Source: a virus (lineage: Duplodnaviria > Caudoviricetes). Taken from it: a DNA stretch of 64,000 nt. The first letter of the stretch is position 1; every line of letters begins with the position of its first letter. This document shows positions 37,988 to 50,500 of this stretch, piece by piece. Location of the stretch: the IMG/VR virus record IMGVR_UViG_3300033073_001271, positions 9,824 through 73,823 of that record; one strand, 5' to 3'. Position numbers and translations under genes: made by a program. The notes below the pieces were generated by a model that did not search any database, was not told the origin of the DNA, and worked only from the letters and a program-made list of their open reading frames with translations.

Positions 37988-40227
37988 CTTGTATATATCC
38001 ATCCTGCATTAATTGTTAATTTGCCATTTGCCCAGTCCCACGTTTCCTGTAATTCGTTTAAATAAAAATTTGCTGTATTTGGTGGATAATGATCAAGTAC
38101 AACGGCAATTCCGCTGACTACACATAATGAATCTGGATATCTCTCTACTACATCAACAGTCGCTTCTAGTTGAACTTTTCTTTCCGATTGTTTTGTTGTT
38201 GACATATTTTGTAAAATAGGTCCAGTTTTTCTACCTAAAACCATAACTGGAACAATGTGTTGTGATTGCACACCAGATGCCAAAGCATCAACTGTATATT
38301 TTTTATGATTAGGAATTTGAGCTGCGGAAGTTTTACGATATCTATTATCATCTTGAATATTTAAAGTAGCAGCTATACAATTTGGAATTTTTAATTTAAT
38401 ATCCCTTAAACTTTTTGGTATTGGCTTATAAGTTGCACTAAATTGAATAGTTCCAGCTATTTTATTTTCTGTAATCGTAGTGGCTGCTGGCCTAATATCT
38501 AAAACCATATTAGAGTTATAAAATGGAGTATATGTATTATCTTCGAATATTTTATTTGCAAAAGTAAAAATATTAGTTCCGATTCCCCAAGGGGCAAAAG
38601 TAATTCCCGCATTACCATATGGAGATATGCCACTTGGTGCGCCCTGTGGATCATTTAAAGGCCAGCCAGAAGAGTCAACTATGAGACCTTGTGAATAAGA
38701 TGGAACGCCACTTGTATTTAAATCTTGAATAGTTGTAAAATCTGTTGGATTAAAATGCGTAGTAGCGGGCGTTGTTTGAATTCCACTATAGCATAATTGA
38801 CTAAACATATCTCTGGCATTGACATATTTATTACTAATGTCTGACTTAACGCCTCTGGAATCTAGGCCATTAATAGTGCCTTCAATTTTGATAACGTCAT
38901 TTCCATCTTCGCCTTTTTCATAACTGCCATTAATTTCAATGTTGGCTGGGCTTCTTGAATAAAAATATGTTGTAGTTAATGAATATGAACCAGCAACCAT
39001 ATCTACAGTTGAAGTTCTTACAACATTATATTCACCATAAACCCCGCTATCCCATAAATTCTGACTGATCATAGTACCAGAATTTGGAATAGGACGAATA
39101 CCACTAGCCCTTGCTGCTAATCCATATTTATTATCTAAATAAGTTTCATAAGCAGACTGGTCAACATGGAGTGGTAAACCATTTGGCCCATTAGTTTGAA
39201 CGACTCCATTAGAAACTCCAGCGGCAGTACTTGGAATAAGAGTGTCATCCGCTACAACAGCCCAAGCCGTTGGCATAAAAGCATTGCTACCAAGGTATGA
39301 TCTACCATGAATATCCGTATAGATTATACCACCAAGTAAAGAATCCTTTTTCTTTCTTTGTACATAATTATACGCTTCATAAAACGCTTCAAATTTAGGA
39401 TATTTGCTAATACCATCGGAAGCACTGGGCGCAGATTTTGAAGATGGTTTAATCATATTTGCATAATTATACAATCCTGATGAGGGATCATAATCATATG
39501 TTGGGCTATTATTTTGTATAGCGTTTTCATTTGCAACTGTATTATTATAAAATATTGGTATACCTTGTGCAGAAATGGTGTGTGTTATAGTATATGAATA
39601 GTATGGCATACTATAATCATTAGTCATTGTACCATTACTACGATTAAAGACAAAGTATGATAGCTTATCCTCTTCTTTTTTAATTTCAAACTGTTCTGCC
39701 GCTGCTTTTAGGCGAAACATATTTTCTAAATTTGGATCATTTGAAGGCGGAGTAATTGCTTCAAATGACATGGTGATTTCTTGAAAGTGTATTCCGGCAG
39801 TATCTTCGGGTGCTTCGTTAATACCAACATTGTTAAGTTGTGCATACTTGTATTCTAATACTGGAATTCCAGACGGAATAAAATGACCCGGATTTGCATC
39901 ATCAGGAACTAGCCTTACAAGTTTAAGAGGGCCAGATCGTAAATCTCCAAGTCTACCAACTATAAAATCATTACTATCTTGAGTAAGGTAATATTGACTT
40001 GTTGTACCAACTAAACTTGTATATCTATCAAAAGCTCCAGATGGAATAATTTTATTCGTTCCCATAGGTTCTGGGACCATAGCGCCACGTATATTAAATG
40101 TATGTTTTTCACTTAATATCGTTCCATCATCCGCTCTATTGAACTCTTTTTGCATAGAGTTAGCAAAGCCATAATATAATTTTATTGGCTCCGCCGTATC
40201 TCCGAATATCAATCCCATTAAGCTCAT
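37984..40227 (-). CDS. Putative distal tail/virion structural protein
   Basis: 747 aa, downstream of the TMP. Recurring strand motifs (VDMVAGSYSLTTTY, ENKIAGTIQFSATY). Confidence 0.5.
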   Translation of the reverse strand: MSLMGLIFGDTAEPIKLYYGFANSMQKEFNRADDGTILSEKHTFNIRGAMVPEPMGTNKIIPSGAFDRYTSLVGTTSQYYLTQDSNDFIVGRLGDLRSGPLKLVRLVPDDANPGHFIPSGIPVLEYKYAQLNNVGINEAPEDTAGIHFQEITMSFEAITPPSNDPNLENMFRLKAAAEQFEIKKEEDKLSYFVFNRSNGTMTNDYSMPYYSYTITHTISAQGIPIFYNNTVANENAIQNNSPTYDYDPSSGLYNYANMIKPSSKSAPSASDGISKYPKFEAFYEAYNYVQRKKKDSLLGGIIYTDIHGRSYLGSNAFMPTAWAVVADDTLIPSTAAGVSNGVVQTNGPNGLPLHVDQSAYETYLDNKYGLAARASGIRPIPNSGTMISQNLWDSGVYGEYNVVRTSTVDMVAGSYSLTTTYFYSRSPANIEINGSYEKGEDGNDVIKIEGTINGLDSRGVKSDISNKYVNARDMFSQLCYSGIQTTPATTHFNPTDFTTIQDLNTSGVPSYSQGLIVDSSGWPLNDPQGAPSGISPYGNAGITFAPWGIGTNIFTFANKIFEDNTYTPFYNSNMVLDIRPAATTITENKIAGTIQFSATYKPIPKSLRDIKLKIPNCIAATLNIQDDNRYRKTSAAQIPNHKKYTVDALASGVQSQHIVPVMVLGRKTGPILQNMSTTKQSERKVQLEATVDVVERYPDSLCVVSGIAVVLDHYPPNTANFYLNELQETWDWANGKLTINAGWIYTR

Positions 40228-40231
40228 TTAA

Positions 40232-43200
40232 TTAATTCCCACGAACATAAAGTGTTGTTAAGTTAGTATTTTCCACTGGATATAGTTCACCAGAACTAAA
40301 TAGTGATATTCCTGAATTGTGTAAATTTGCACTTTTGATTGTCATATCTAAATTACTTAGTACTGTAGTATTATACACAAATAATGGCAATTGCGCTTCT
40401 GGAGTTTTAAACAATACTAAGTTCATTCCACCTTGCTGCGTAGGACCATTTTCAAATTGTGGACCTTGTAAGAATAAATTATTGTAATTATAGTTTCCGC
40501 TAGAATTTAAAGTTGATCCACTTGGATTTGATAAGAATAGATTAATATTATTATTATATGAAGATGGCGGTGGATCAGTCGCCATTACCATATTCATTCT
40601 ACCCGCGAAATCATCATATTCATATGTTTGAATATATAGTAAAGTACTGCCAGAAGAGTTTGGAACTCCTGTGTAATAATTTTCAATATATAAAGTTACT
40701 GGTCTTACATATGGTTTTATATAATTACCAATCTGACCAGATGGTATTTCTATAACATTTCCAGCCTGATCTACCAAGGCTATGTCATTTGTTGCAACCA
40801 CAAGTGGCATAGAACCATATACTTGCTGTGGCATTACAAGTGTAAGGCTATTGGTTGTAGTAAGCTGTTGAATTACAATTGGTAATCCGCTTTTATATAC
40901 ATCAGGCTGTTTAATAAATAGATTGATTCCACTATTATGAGTTTCTATTTGTTTGCAGAATAAATTAATACCTGAGTTATGCACTGCCTCAGCTTCGGTA
41001 TATAAATACAATCCTGTATTTACAGGAACACCGCCAAGCGCATATATAGGAATTGAATTATTTGCTCCGTCATTTGATTTTATAAATAATGGAAGATATG
41101 TAGGATTAGGATAAGATTGATTGATAATTTTAATCGCTTTTAAATCTTCTGACCCTTCAAAAACTTCTAGAGATTCTATAAGCTCAGCCGTTGGATTAGC
41201 CTCTATAAAAGATGCTTGAGAAGGTCTCATTCTCAAAACCGCTAGTTGAGTTAATAAATTATTATCAGTAATTAAATGGTGATTTCTACATATAAAAATA
41301 CCACTAGCAGCATCAAAAGTATAATAAGCGTATTCATTATAATCTCTTAATATAAGAGAATTGCTAAAAATATCATATTTGCCACCAAGATTAGATTTTA
41401 AGGTTGCTGAATTTCCAGTTGTATTATCATAAGATAGATTATTGGTTAATGTATAGTATGAAGCGTTAATATCAGCATATATTGCATTATCTAGATCAAT
41501 AGTTGGTGAAATTCTTTGTAATAATGTGTATGGACCATCTAAAATATCTTTTTTATAGATATATAAATAATTTAAAGGGTCAGTTGTTTGATTAGAATCA
41601 TCAGTTATAGAATATGCATCAGTTATTAAAAATCCATTATCTGCAACAAAGTAATTTCCAAAATTTTTATTTATATTTGGACTATCAATTTTTTGATTAA
41701 GATTATATCCAGATCCAATTCTGTCATAGATATATATAGATCCTCCGTTTGTATTCTTTGACATCCATCCTATAAATAATTTTTTATTATCAAAGTCTGT
41801 ATTTTCAGCATAAAATCCTAATTCATTAATTTGAACTTGCGTATCGCTTGAAACCATATTACTTGGAACGATAATTCCGCTTAAAGAAGATACTTCATTA
41901 GTGTTTAAATCTATATTGAAAGCAAGTGATAAAGCGTCAACATTTTTTACCCTATTATTCATTATAAAATCTGCACTTTTTACATATGTAGAACCAACGC
42001 AGTATAAGTTACCACTTTCTATATTAAAAGCTGCTGATACACCAAACGAATCTAAAAATCCATATTCACGGGGATATTTATCCTGTAAAGGCATATCTAT
42101 TCCCAGAGTATTATTTAAACCATATTCTTTATTCCAAGCGTAATATCTTGCGCCAAGCCAGTAATTATTCACATTTGAATTATATAAATTATTAGATAAT
42201 ACATTTCTAGTGCCGCTATTGTCTACAGTTAAATCATAATTATTTGTTATGAAATTATAACCTTCTCTTTTTGAACTTAAATTTGCAGCTTCGTAAGCAG
42301 CCCAAGGGTTTCCAGTTTGCGATACAGATGTTATATAGCTAATATCATAAGGAGATTTAGTTATATTATAGAAATGAATTCTTCCATATGGTAAATAATG
42401 AGGTATGACAAATTTATTTGCTGGTATATAATCTTCACTATAAAATTTATTATATAATTCGAAAGAAAGTTCTGTTCCCGGCTCTGTAATCATTAAAATA
42501 TAATTATTGTCAGAAACTTGACTAATTTGACAATCAGCACCAAATCTGTTTCCACCATACTCTTCGTAAATTACAGGACTTGAATTATTCGATTCGCTTA
42601 CTCTTTTGAATGGAAAAAAGTTATTCCACGATGTCCAACTATTTAGATAGGCTTGAGGTCTTGTTAATCCATCTTCTGTTTTATCTGATTCTATAGCTCT
42701 AGTATAAATACTACCTTCTACGCCACTCACTTCTACGGCAGTTCTAACTTTTGGAGAAAACCCATATCCATTTTTGCCAAGTGGAGAGTATAAAGTATGA
42801 TTATATTTCCAACCATTAGATGTCCAGTTTACACCGCTAATAGTTTTTAGATTTTCTATATTTGCCGCAGTTTGGAATTTAGCATCGTAATAAATATTAA
42901 AAGTGTCTGTAGTAACACCGCTGACATATTTTATGCCATTTAAACTAGTTACTCCAGTTGCACTAATAGCGGAAGAGAATTTAATGACTTCGCCATTATA
43001 TAGACCGTGACCAGCAGAGGTAATAGTATTGTTGTTATATCCTGTAATTCCACCAGTTTTTTTAGTGTATATATCTACTTTTCCGCAGCTTGGAAAATTG
43101 GCTACCTTAACGATCTTAATATTTGATTGTAAAGAAATAGTATTATTTGTAACTAAGAAAGTTCCATTTTCTGAATTAATTAAAGCAGTTCCATTATCAA

Positions 43201-44512
43201 CGGTATTGTATAATTTTTTAAATGTTGGAGGAACTAAAGAAGTTGCAGAGTATGAAGTTTGTATATCTGAGGCTGTTAATACTGATGCGGGGCGCATGTA
43301 GGTGCTTAGCGTAACAAATAAATATTCTCCGGTATTTTCTCTAGTTACGATATACCATTTAAAATTATCGTCATCAGAAAATGGCTTTGGAGTATTATCA
43401 ACACTATCGTCGCCCTTTTTACCGCTCGGCGGTTTAGGAGATATAAGTTTAGCTTTAGCTATATATTCATCTCTAGTTAATATTCCACCGTAAGAATATA
43501 CCTGTGTTTCTGCAATATTTGTTCCCGATATATCAGCAGATTGATAACGTACTTCAATAAAAATATCACTATAATCTGGATACTCTGGTGTTACTGCAAA
43601 AGATCCAACTGGGGATGGTGCATAATTAGCTCTTGCCGGTCGTAAAAAATTAGGATTTTGTAATTGATTGTTAAACAATTTAATATTCATCGTTGTCGTC
43701 AAATTTACACTATAATATTCGGAAAATGTATTAGAGCAACACTTTCTTACTTTTCCAAAGTTTGACGATAGCCCATATTTAGAAGAGTCACATCCAGTAC
43801 TAGGTTCTTCAGGCGAACATCCTTGTGCTGGAAGTAGGGGCGCAAAATTTGTAATAGATACAGAACCAGTACCACTATATGATGCGCTTGGCGTACTAGA
43901 TGAACATACTTGAAGGTCTATTGGATTTGATCCGCTAAATGGTGATTGGGTTGTTTTTGTAATTCCGCACTCATCAGTATAAGTAATGGTGATTGTACCT
44001 GTTGCCCCACCGGGAGATGGCGTTGCAGCAGCTTCATAAGTATACATTAATTGATTACAATTAACTTCTGATCCAATGTCAGTGCAAGATACTGAAGCGT
44101 TAACAATGGTATCAATAGTTAAATTTGTATTTGTTAATTCGTATGTATATTTTTCTGTACTTGTCCATTCTCTGGTTGCAACTGCTGCAATGTCATCCGC
44201 TGTATCAACATCGTTAATATACCAATCGATTTCAAAATCATATATGTAGGGGGTTTTTCCACGATTGGTCCCGTAGTAATAATCATATTTATTTGATGAA
44301 TAATCATTGATTCCATAGATTAACATGCCAGTTGCAGATGTAACATCTATTGTACTAGGAGACGACAGCGTGTAATCCCAATTCGTTTTATGTGGTGTGT
44401 AGGGGGCTGACTCAGCTTTTACTGTAATTGGCAATGTATTAAATATTCCAGTTGTTGAGGTTCTGGTTCCGCCCCATATATTTAATCCTAATCCGCCCGA
44501 TCTTCTTCTCAC
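40232..44512 (-). CDS. Large virion structural protein (propeller-like region plus C-terminal short repeats)
   Basis: 1426 aa, GTG start immediately after the TMP. FGADC/FGVSAA/FGNYF FG-GAP-like turns and approximately 14-aa repeats (HNSGINLF.KQ). Confidence 0.55.
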   Translation of the reverse strand: MRRRSGGLGLNIWGGTRTSTTGIFNTLPITVKAESAPYTPHKTNWDYTLSSPSTIDVTSATGMLIYGINDYSSNKYDYYYGTNRGKTPYIYDFEIDWYINDVDTADDIAAVATREWTSTEKYTYELTNTNLTIDTIVNASVSCTDIGSEVNCNQLMYTYEAAATPSPGGATGTITITYTDECGITKTTQSPFSGSNPIDLQVCSSSTPSASYSGTGSVSITNFAPLLPAQGCSPEEPSTGCDSSKYGLSSNFGKVRKCCSNTFSEYYSVNLTTTMNIKLFNNQLQNPNFLRPARANYAPSPVGSFAVTPEYPDYSDIFIEVRYQSADISGTNIAETQVYSYGGILTRDEYIAKAKLISPKPPSGKKGDDSVDNTPKPFSDDDNFKWYIVTRENTGEYLFVTLSTYMRPASVLTASDIQTSYSATSLVPPTFKKLYNTVDNGTALINSENGTFLVTNNTISLQSNIKIVKVANFPSCGKVDIYTKKTGGITGYNNNTITSAGHGLYNGEVIKFSSAISATGVTSLNGIKYVSGVTTDTFNIYYDAKFQTAANIENLKTISGVNWTSNGWKYNHTLYSPLGKNGYGFSPKVRTAVEVSGVEGSIYTRAIESDKTEDGLTRPQAYLNSWTSWNNFFPFKRVSESNNSSPVIYEEYGGNRFGADCQISQVSDNNYILMITEPGTELSFELYNKFYSEDYIPANKFVIPHYLPYGRIHFYNITKSPYDISYITSVSQTGNPWAAYEAANLSSKREGYNFITNNYDLTVDNSGTRNVLSNNLYNSNVNNYWLGARYYAWNKEYGLNNTLGIDMPLQDKYPREYGFLDSFGVSAAFNIESGNLYCVGSTYVKSADFIMNNRVKNVDALSLAFNIDLNTNEVSSLSGIIVPSNMVSSDTQVQINELGFYAENTDFDNKKLFIGWMSKNTNGGSIYIYDRIGSGYNLNQKIDSPNINKNFGNYFVADNGFLITDAYSITDDSNQTTDPLNYLYIYKKDILDGPYTLLQRISPTIDLDNAIYADINASYYTLTNNLSYDNTTGNSATLKSNLGGKYDIFSNSLILRDYNEYAYYTFDAASGIFICRNHHLITDNNLLTQLAVLRMRPSQASFIEANPTAELIESLEVFEGSEDLKAIKIINQSYPNPTYLPLFIKSNDGANNSIPIYALGGVPVNTGLYLYTEAEAVHNSGINLFCKQIETHNSGINLFIKQPDVYKSGLPIVIQQLTTTNSLTLVMPQQVYGSMPLVVATNDIALVDQAGNVIEIPSGQIGNYIKPYVRPVTLYIENYYTGVPNSSGSTLLYIQTYEYDDFAGRMNMVMATDPPPSSYNNNINLFLSNPSGSTLNSSGNYNYNNLFLQGPQFENGPTQQGGMNLVLFKTPEAQLPLFVYNTTVLSNLDMTIKSANLHNSGISLFSSGELYPVENTNLTTLYVRGN

Positions 44513-44517
44513 GGCTA

Positions 44518-47500
44518 TTATCCCCCTCTTGTTTGATCCGATGCTTTCACTGCTTTTTGAACGTCTGGATGTTTAGAAACTTGATCTCTAATCCATCCTT
44601 CAATTGTTGATTTCATTGCATTGACAATGCCTTCTCCACTAACTCCCCCAACATTAACTTGGCCACCAAAAGTCACATTGTGAGTTACAGTTACTGAACT
44701 TAATTGCCCAGCTAATGCACTCATTGTTGCTGTAAATCCATTAAACGACCCAACGAAGGCGTTTAAAGATTCGATAGATTTAGCAAAACTAGTCATATCT
44801 GGCATCTGTGGAGCTTGTCCATTATTACCACCTTCTGCGTATGGATCTACACTTCCGCCTTCTTGATAACGGCGAATTTTACCGCCTGAAGAGTGATGTC
44901 CCACTCTGCCGCCGCGAGCTAAATGAACAGCGCCGCCAGATGAAAAACTAGCAGATCTCCAACCCGGTTTAGCCTGTTGCATGATTTTTTCTACGGCTGT
45001 TAAAGGAGCGTTACTTTGTTGGTATTTTCTATTAGTATATCTACTAGCGTCATTCGCAGAAGGTTTTCTAGAAAATAAACTATCTTCTTCGGCTTTCTTT
45101 TTAGCAGCTAATTGCTCTCTAGTTGGATATTTTGCCAATAGTTGTTGGGCATTTTTTTCTGGAGCAGTCCAAGTTCTACTAGATGGATTCCAAGTATAAC
45201 CTTTTCCGGGAGATTTTAGCATAGAGTCAGCTTTTGCATTTGCGGCTCTCATACTATCATACTTTTTATTACTTGCTGCTGTAGCTGCTCTTGCAGCAAT
45301 ATTACCCTCTGCTATTTTTTTTCTATATTCATCTGGATCTGTAATATTTGCAGCATCCGCTTTATATTTTGCTCTTATTTTTTCAGCATCAGTTGTTATT
45401 GCAATAGTTTGTCCCATATCGGCCATCTCACTTAGAGCGCCCGGAGTGCCTCTCATTGCAGATTGGCGAGTTCTTGCATTTCTAGCTTGTGCAAAATTTT
45501 GAGGACTATTAATAGCATCTCTATTAAGAGGATTGCCACCTAAATCCATGCGGGTATTTTCAATTCTAGCAAAATCGCTCATTGGATTTGCAGCACGTCT
45601 TTGCGCCGCTCTAGCTCTAGCCCCAGCGCGTCCACCGCGAGCGTGATATTCAACTAATCCACCAGTAGCCATTCCAGTCATGCGACCTAATATTTTGGCA
45701 GCTTCTTCTTTGGATAGATCACTAATTTGACGATTTGATGTACTAGCTAATTTTTTAGCCTGTTCTTCTTTCTTTTTTCTGTTATTAGCAATTTCACTTG
45801 AGGTGGCTTTTCTTTCTTCAGTAGCAAAAATAGTACCAAAAAATCCCTTTTTGGCTATAGAATCAGAAAAATCTGGACCTTTTTCCTTTTGTCTGTATTT
45901 TTCTGGTAAATTACGTTCTTGTAAATCATATTTATCTAATACATTTTGTCTATGAATATCTTTGGCAGTGCCAGAACGGAATTGTAAAGATGGTCCTGCA
46001 TCATACCCAAAACGATTAGCTATAGTGCCACCAATACTACCAGTCATCATATTGCGATCATAAATATTACGATTAAACCATTTGCCAAGGCTCGCAGACC
46101 AACTATCATTAAAATCTGGAGCGTTTGCACCTTCTGGACCTGCTTCAATTTCTTTTACGGCTGCTGCGGCAGAAGCTCTTTTTAAATTTGCATCAATGTC
46201 AATTTGTCTTTGATTTTCTTTATTTACAACTGGTTTTTGACTTTTTGCAATATCAACTCCAATATTAAGCAATCCATTAGCAATACCTCCAGTCGGCTGT
46301 TGAGGCATTTGTCCAAGGCCATAACCACCGCCCGGAAGAGTATAATACGGCCCAGATCTTGCCGGGATTGGCGCTGAAAATTCTGCTATATCGGCAGCTT
46401 TTTGAGCTTTTCTTCTATCCGCATTAGCAATAGCTTTTTGTCTTTTAGCATTAGCGGATCTACCATAGTTTATGGCTCTACCGCCTCTTCTTAAATAGCT
46501 AACCAATCCACCAGTTGCATATCCATTATTAATAGCGTCTAAGGTATCTGTACCGATGCTATCGACGGCACTTTTCCTAATAACATATTCACCCGGAGTT
46601 AACATAGCTGGAACAGTATCAGTGCCTTGAGGTGTGAAACCACCATCGGCTCTGTATATAATACCACCCTTTGCCCTTTTAGCGGCAGGCGGAGCGCCCG
46701 GATTTACTGGCACAGCAGCGCCCGTTTTCTTAAATGCTTCAGGATCTTTGATGAAGGATAAATAGTTATTTAATTTAGAAATATATTCGCCAAATAGTTC
46801 TATATTCTTATTAACAGCTTCTAAAGAAGTTTTTGTCGATGAGATGATATCATCTATTTCTTTGGTTGTTAGTTTAGAACTAGTAACTCCAGCAGCTTTT
46901 TGCATAGCTTTGGATTTATCTTGGCCTCTTTGTACATTACCTCTTAACTGATCATTGAAACCTTTAATTTTATCTGTTACTTGATTTAGAGCTTTAATTT
47001 GCCCCTCGCCATACATAATTTCAAGATCTTTTAATTCTTTTTGAGCGGCAATTTCTTCTTGATAAATATTTTGCAGTTCTGCAATTAATTTTTGTTCAGG
47101 TGTGGATGTTTCTGCCATGACCATATTTGCCATGTCCATATTACCACGTTTAGCAAAAAAGTTTGCAGTTAATTGCTTTTTAATATTTTTACCAGCATCA
47201 CCAAGCTCACTTAATAATGAATCGACTTGACCTCGCATGTCACTAGATATAGCATCAAGATCGCCTCCAGCCGCCATAACCTCTTGCAATGCTATAGCAG
47301 CATCATCTTTTGATTTGCGCTGTTCATCACTTCCAAAGGCATATCCAGTTGCAGCGCCGGTATATGCTTCTCTTTGGGCTTTAAACTTTTCTAATTCAGC
47401 AAGCGTGTCGCCCGTTCTTTCGCTTTGATTGGCCAGTGTTTTTAAAGATTGCTCCAGTCTATTTGCTGTGTTTTGTATTTTTCCAGCTTCGAGCGGATCT

Positions 47501-50500
47501 TTTACGCCACCGGCTAATTGACCTTTGGCATCTCTTAAATTTTTACCAATGCTTTGAACGCTGGTATATGCAGTTTTACCAATTGAGTTAAATTGTTTTG
47601 CAAATCGCTGCATATTTTTTACAGCTAATGGGACATTTTTACTGTAAGCCTTAGATATAGCTTCAACCATACGTCCATAAGAATCAACGCCTTGATTGGT
47701 TAAATCTAATTTACGATTTTCTGATTGATTAATTTTATCAAGTATTTTTAATTGTTCTTGTTCAGCTTCTGACCACGCTTGAAGAGTTTCTTTGCTCATC
47801 TTCTTGATGGCTTCAGCGTAGTCTGTAAATTCTTTAGTAATTGAATCCCTTGTATTTTGACTTAAAATACTTGGATTTGCATTTTCTACATTGCCACCTT
47901 TTCCAGTTATTTTATCTTTAATAATTTCAGATAATCTTTTTCCAACTGCACTACCAAGAGATACGCCAAATCCTTGCTCTACAGTGTCAGCGATCAACTT
48001 ATCAATTTCTTTTCCGCCGCCTGTAGCCTGAGCTTTTGCAATACTTTGCAATCCAACTTCAAGATTTGGTATAACTTTATTCAGGTCTAATAAGTTAGTA
48101 GCTAAATTTTCACCAATTGGTCCTATTGTTTTTAAAGCATCTAAAGCTGGTTGTAAATCAGCAGCATCTGGCATATCTAAATCGAATACGCTAGCGTCTG
48201 GTATAGAAGATTTTAGTCCAGCTACAGAGTCGCTAAAAGCTGCATCTAATTCGCCAGATGTCTTTGTGGCTTGTTGAATGCTAAATTTAAAGTTTTGTAA
48301 TGTAGTTTTAAGAGCTTGTTCTTCAATAAGTGTTCCAATAATAGCTTCTCTTGCAGCACGTTCTTTTAGAAGTGTTTTTTCTGTCTCCATGATTTGGAGT
48401 TTTGCTTCTAGTAATGACTTTTCAAACTCTCTAGTGCCTTGAGCTATTTCTTGATCTCTTTGCGTCGTTAAACCCTGTGCTAATTTATTATTTCCAGCTT
48501 TAGTTGCTCTTGCAATATCTGGATTATATTTAGCATTTACAATTTTAGCAATTTCTTCTTGTTGTGCTTTAATTGCCGGACCTATATCAAAGTTTTGTCC
48601 GAGTTTAGCCATGTCGCTCATTACAGTTGTTAACTTCTGTAATTTTATACCAGATAGTCTTGTAACTACATTTTCAAAATTACGAACAGCATCAGCAGCT
48701 TTATTGAATTGAGCTTTCATAGTTTCTGATCCGGTTTTTAAAATATTTGGATCAAAAGAGCTTAATTCACCTTGCGCTTTAGCAAGTTCTGTTGTCATTT
48801 TTGAGAATTGTTGATTTACATCATTTAAATCTTTATTATCAATTTTTTCAAAATATTTATTTGCATCTACTATACCTTTGCTGGCAGTTGTAAACGCCCC
48901 GCTAATTCCTTGAGCAGCAGCTTGTATTTTTGACTCATCAAAAACTTTGGCAAGTTGTGTGCCAAAGAATGTTCCAGCAAAACTACCAATTGAAGATCCT
49001 AATTGAATACCTATAGCAGTGCCAGCAGGACCGGCTAAACTACCTAATGCTCCACCTATTATAGCTCCAATACCACCTCCAGCAGCACCACCAACTGTAG
49101 CTTGAGTGCTACTTGAAGCATTATAATCAGCTTGAGCTTTTTCAGAAAGCAATAAAGTTTGTATCATGCCGTTTCTAACTTCAACTTCGTTATTTGCAGA
49201 AGTTGCAAACTTTTCCATTGCTCTGCTTAAATTTTCACCAGCCTTTTCAGCCTGAGCATTTGTTTTTGCAATTTTAGCAGCAAATACAGCTTGTGCAAGG
49301 GCATACCCCATAATCGAACCTTCGGCTGCTTTTGATGCAAGGCTTAGCCTTTTACCAAATTTTGATGGTTCGTTATCACCTTTATCTGATTCATTTGAAA
49401 CTGTGCCTGTGTGTTGCTCCAACGCTTTTCTATCAGCTTCAACGGCAGCTCTATGCTCTCTTTCCGATTTCATAGCTGCGATTTGAGCAAAGCCCATATT
49501 TTTTAAGTTTTGTCCAATTCCATTAATAGTCGCAAAAGTACCGCTAAAAGCAGTAGCCATATCTGCGAATTCTTTGTCGAATTGAGACATCTGGGAAGCT
49601 ACACCTACAACAGCAGCGCCAAGCGTTACTAATCCTGTATTTAGTGTATTACCCTTTTCTACTATCGCGTCTAATTCAGCTTTAAATTTAGCGGCAGCTT
49701 CTGTAGCCGATGCTAAAGGTGCTTTTAGACTTTGTGCGCTTTGAGCTAATGAACTAGATGAGACAAAGTTTGGATCTTTAGGAGCGTGTTTTGCAAATGC
49801 CGAGAATTGTCCAGTTGGAGTTCCTCCGTTTGCAAAATGTTGAACAAATCCGCCGTTGGCAAATTTACCAACTTTGTTCATACGATTAAGAGATGCGTAA
49901 CCAATAGCTTGGGCTGATTTTTTATTGATAACGTACTCGCCGGGAGTAAGCATAGCCGGAACTGTATCAGTTCCCACGCTTCCACCGGATGCAAATGCTA
50001 AAGTTTGTGGGGGATTTGTTTTCCACTGTTTAATAGTTTTTAACACTTTAGCTTGCTGAGATCTATCGAGATTAAATTTAGCTACACCGAAATCACTAGA
50101 TCCAGTAATTCCATTAACTAATCTAGTGGCATCTCCGGGATTATTTAAACTAAGACCTGCAATTACTGGCTTTCCAGTCTTGTCGCCTAAAGCCTTGATC
50201 ATTTTTTGTCTAAAATCAGCAGACTGCTCTCTGGTAGATTTTTCAACTGCCTGTTGTTTAGCCTTTTCTCCAGCCTTAAATTCTTTTCCAAGTGCAGATT
50301 GATAAGCCTCTTCTTGATATCTTCCGCCTTTATATGACATTGGATCATATAATAATTCTCTATCAATTTTATCGCCAACTGCTGCTGCGGCGGCTCTAGA
50401 CGCTTTAGCGTCAACAAATGGCATTTTTAAATTGGGAAAGTCGCCGCTTAATAGGGTTGGCAACCCTTTAGTAAAGTCGAACGGTCTTTTTGGATCTGAT

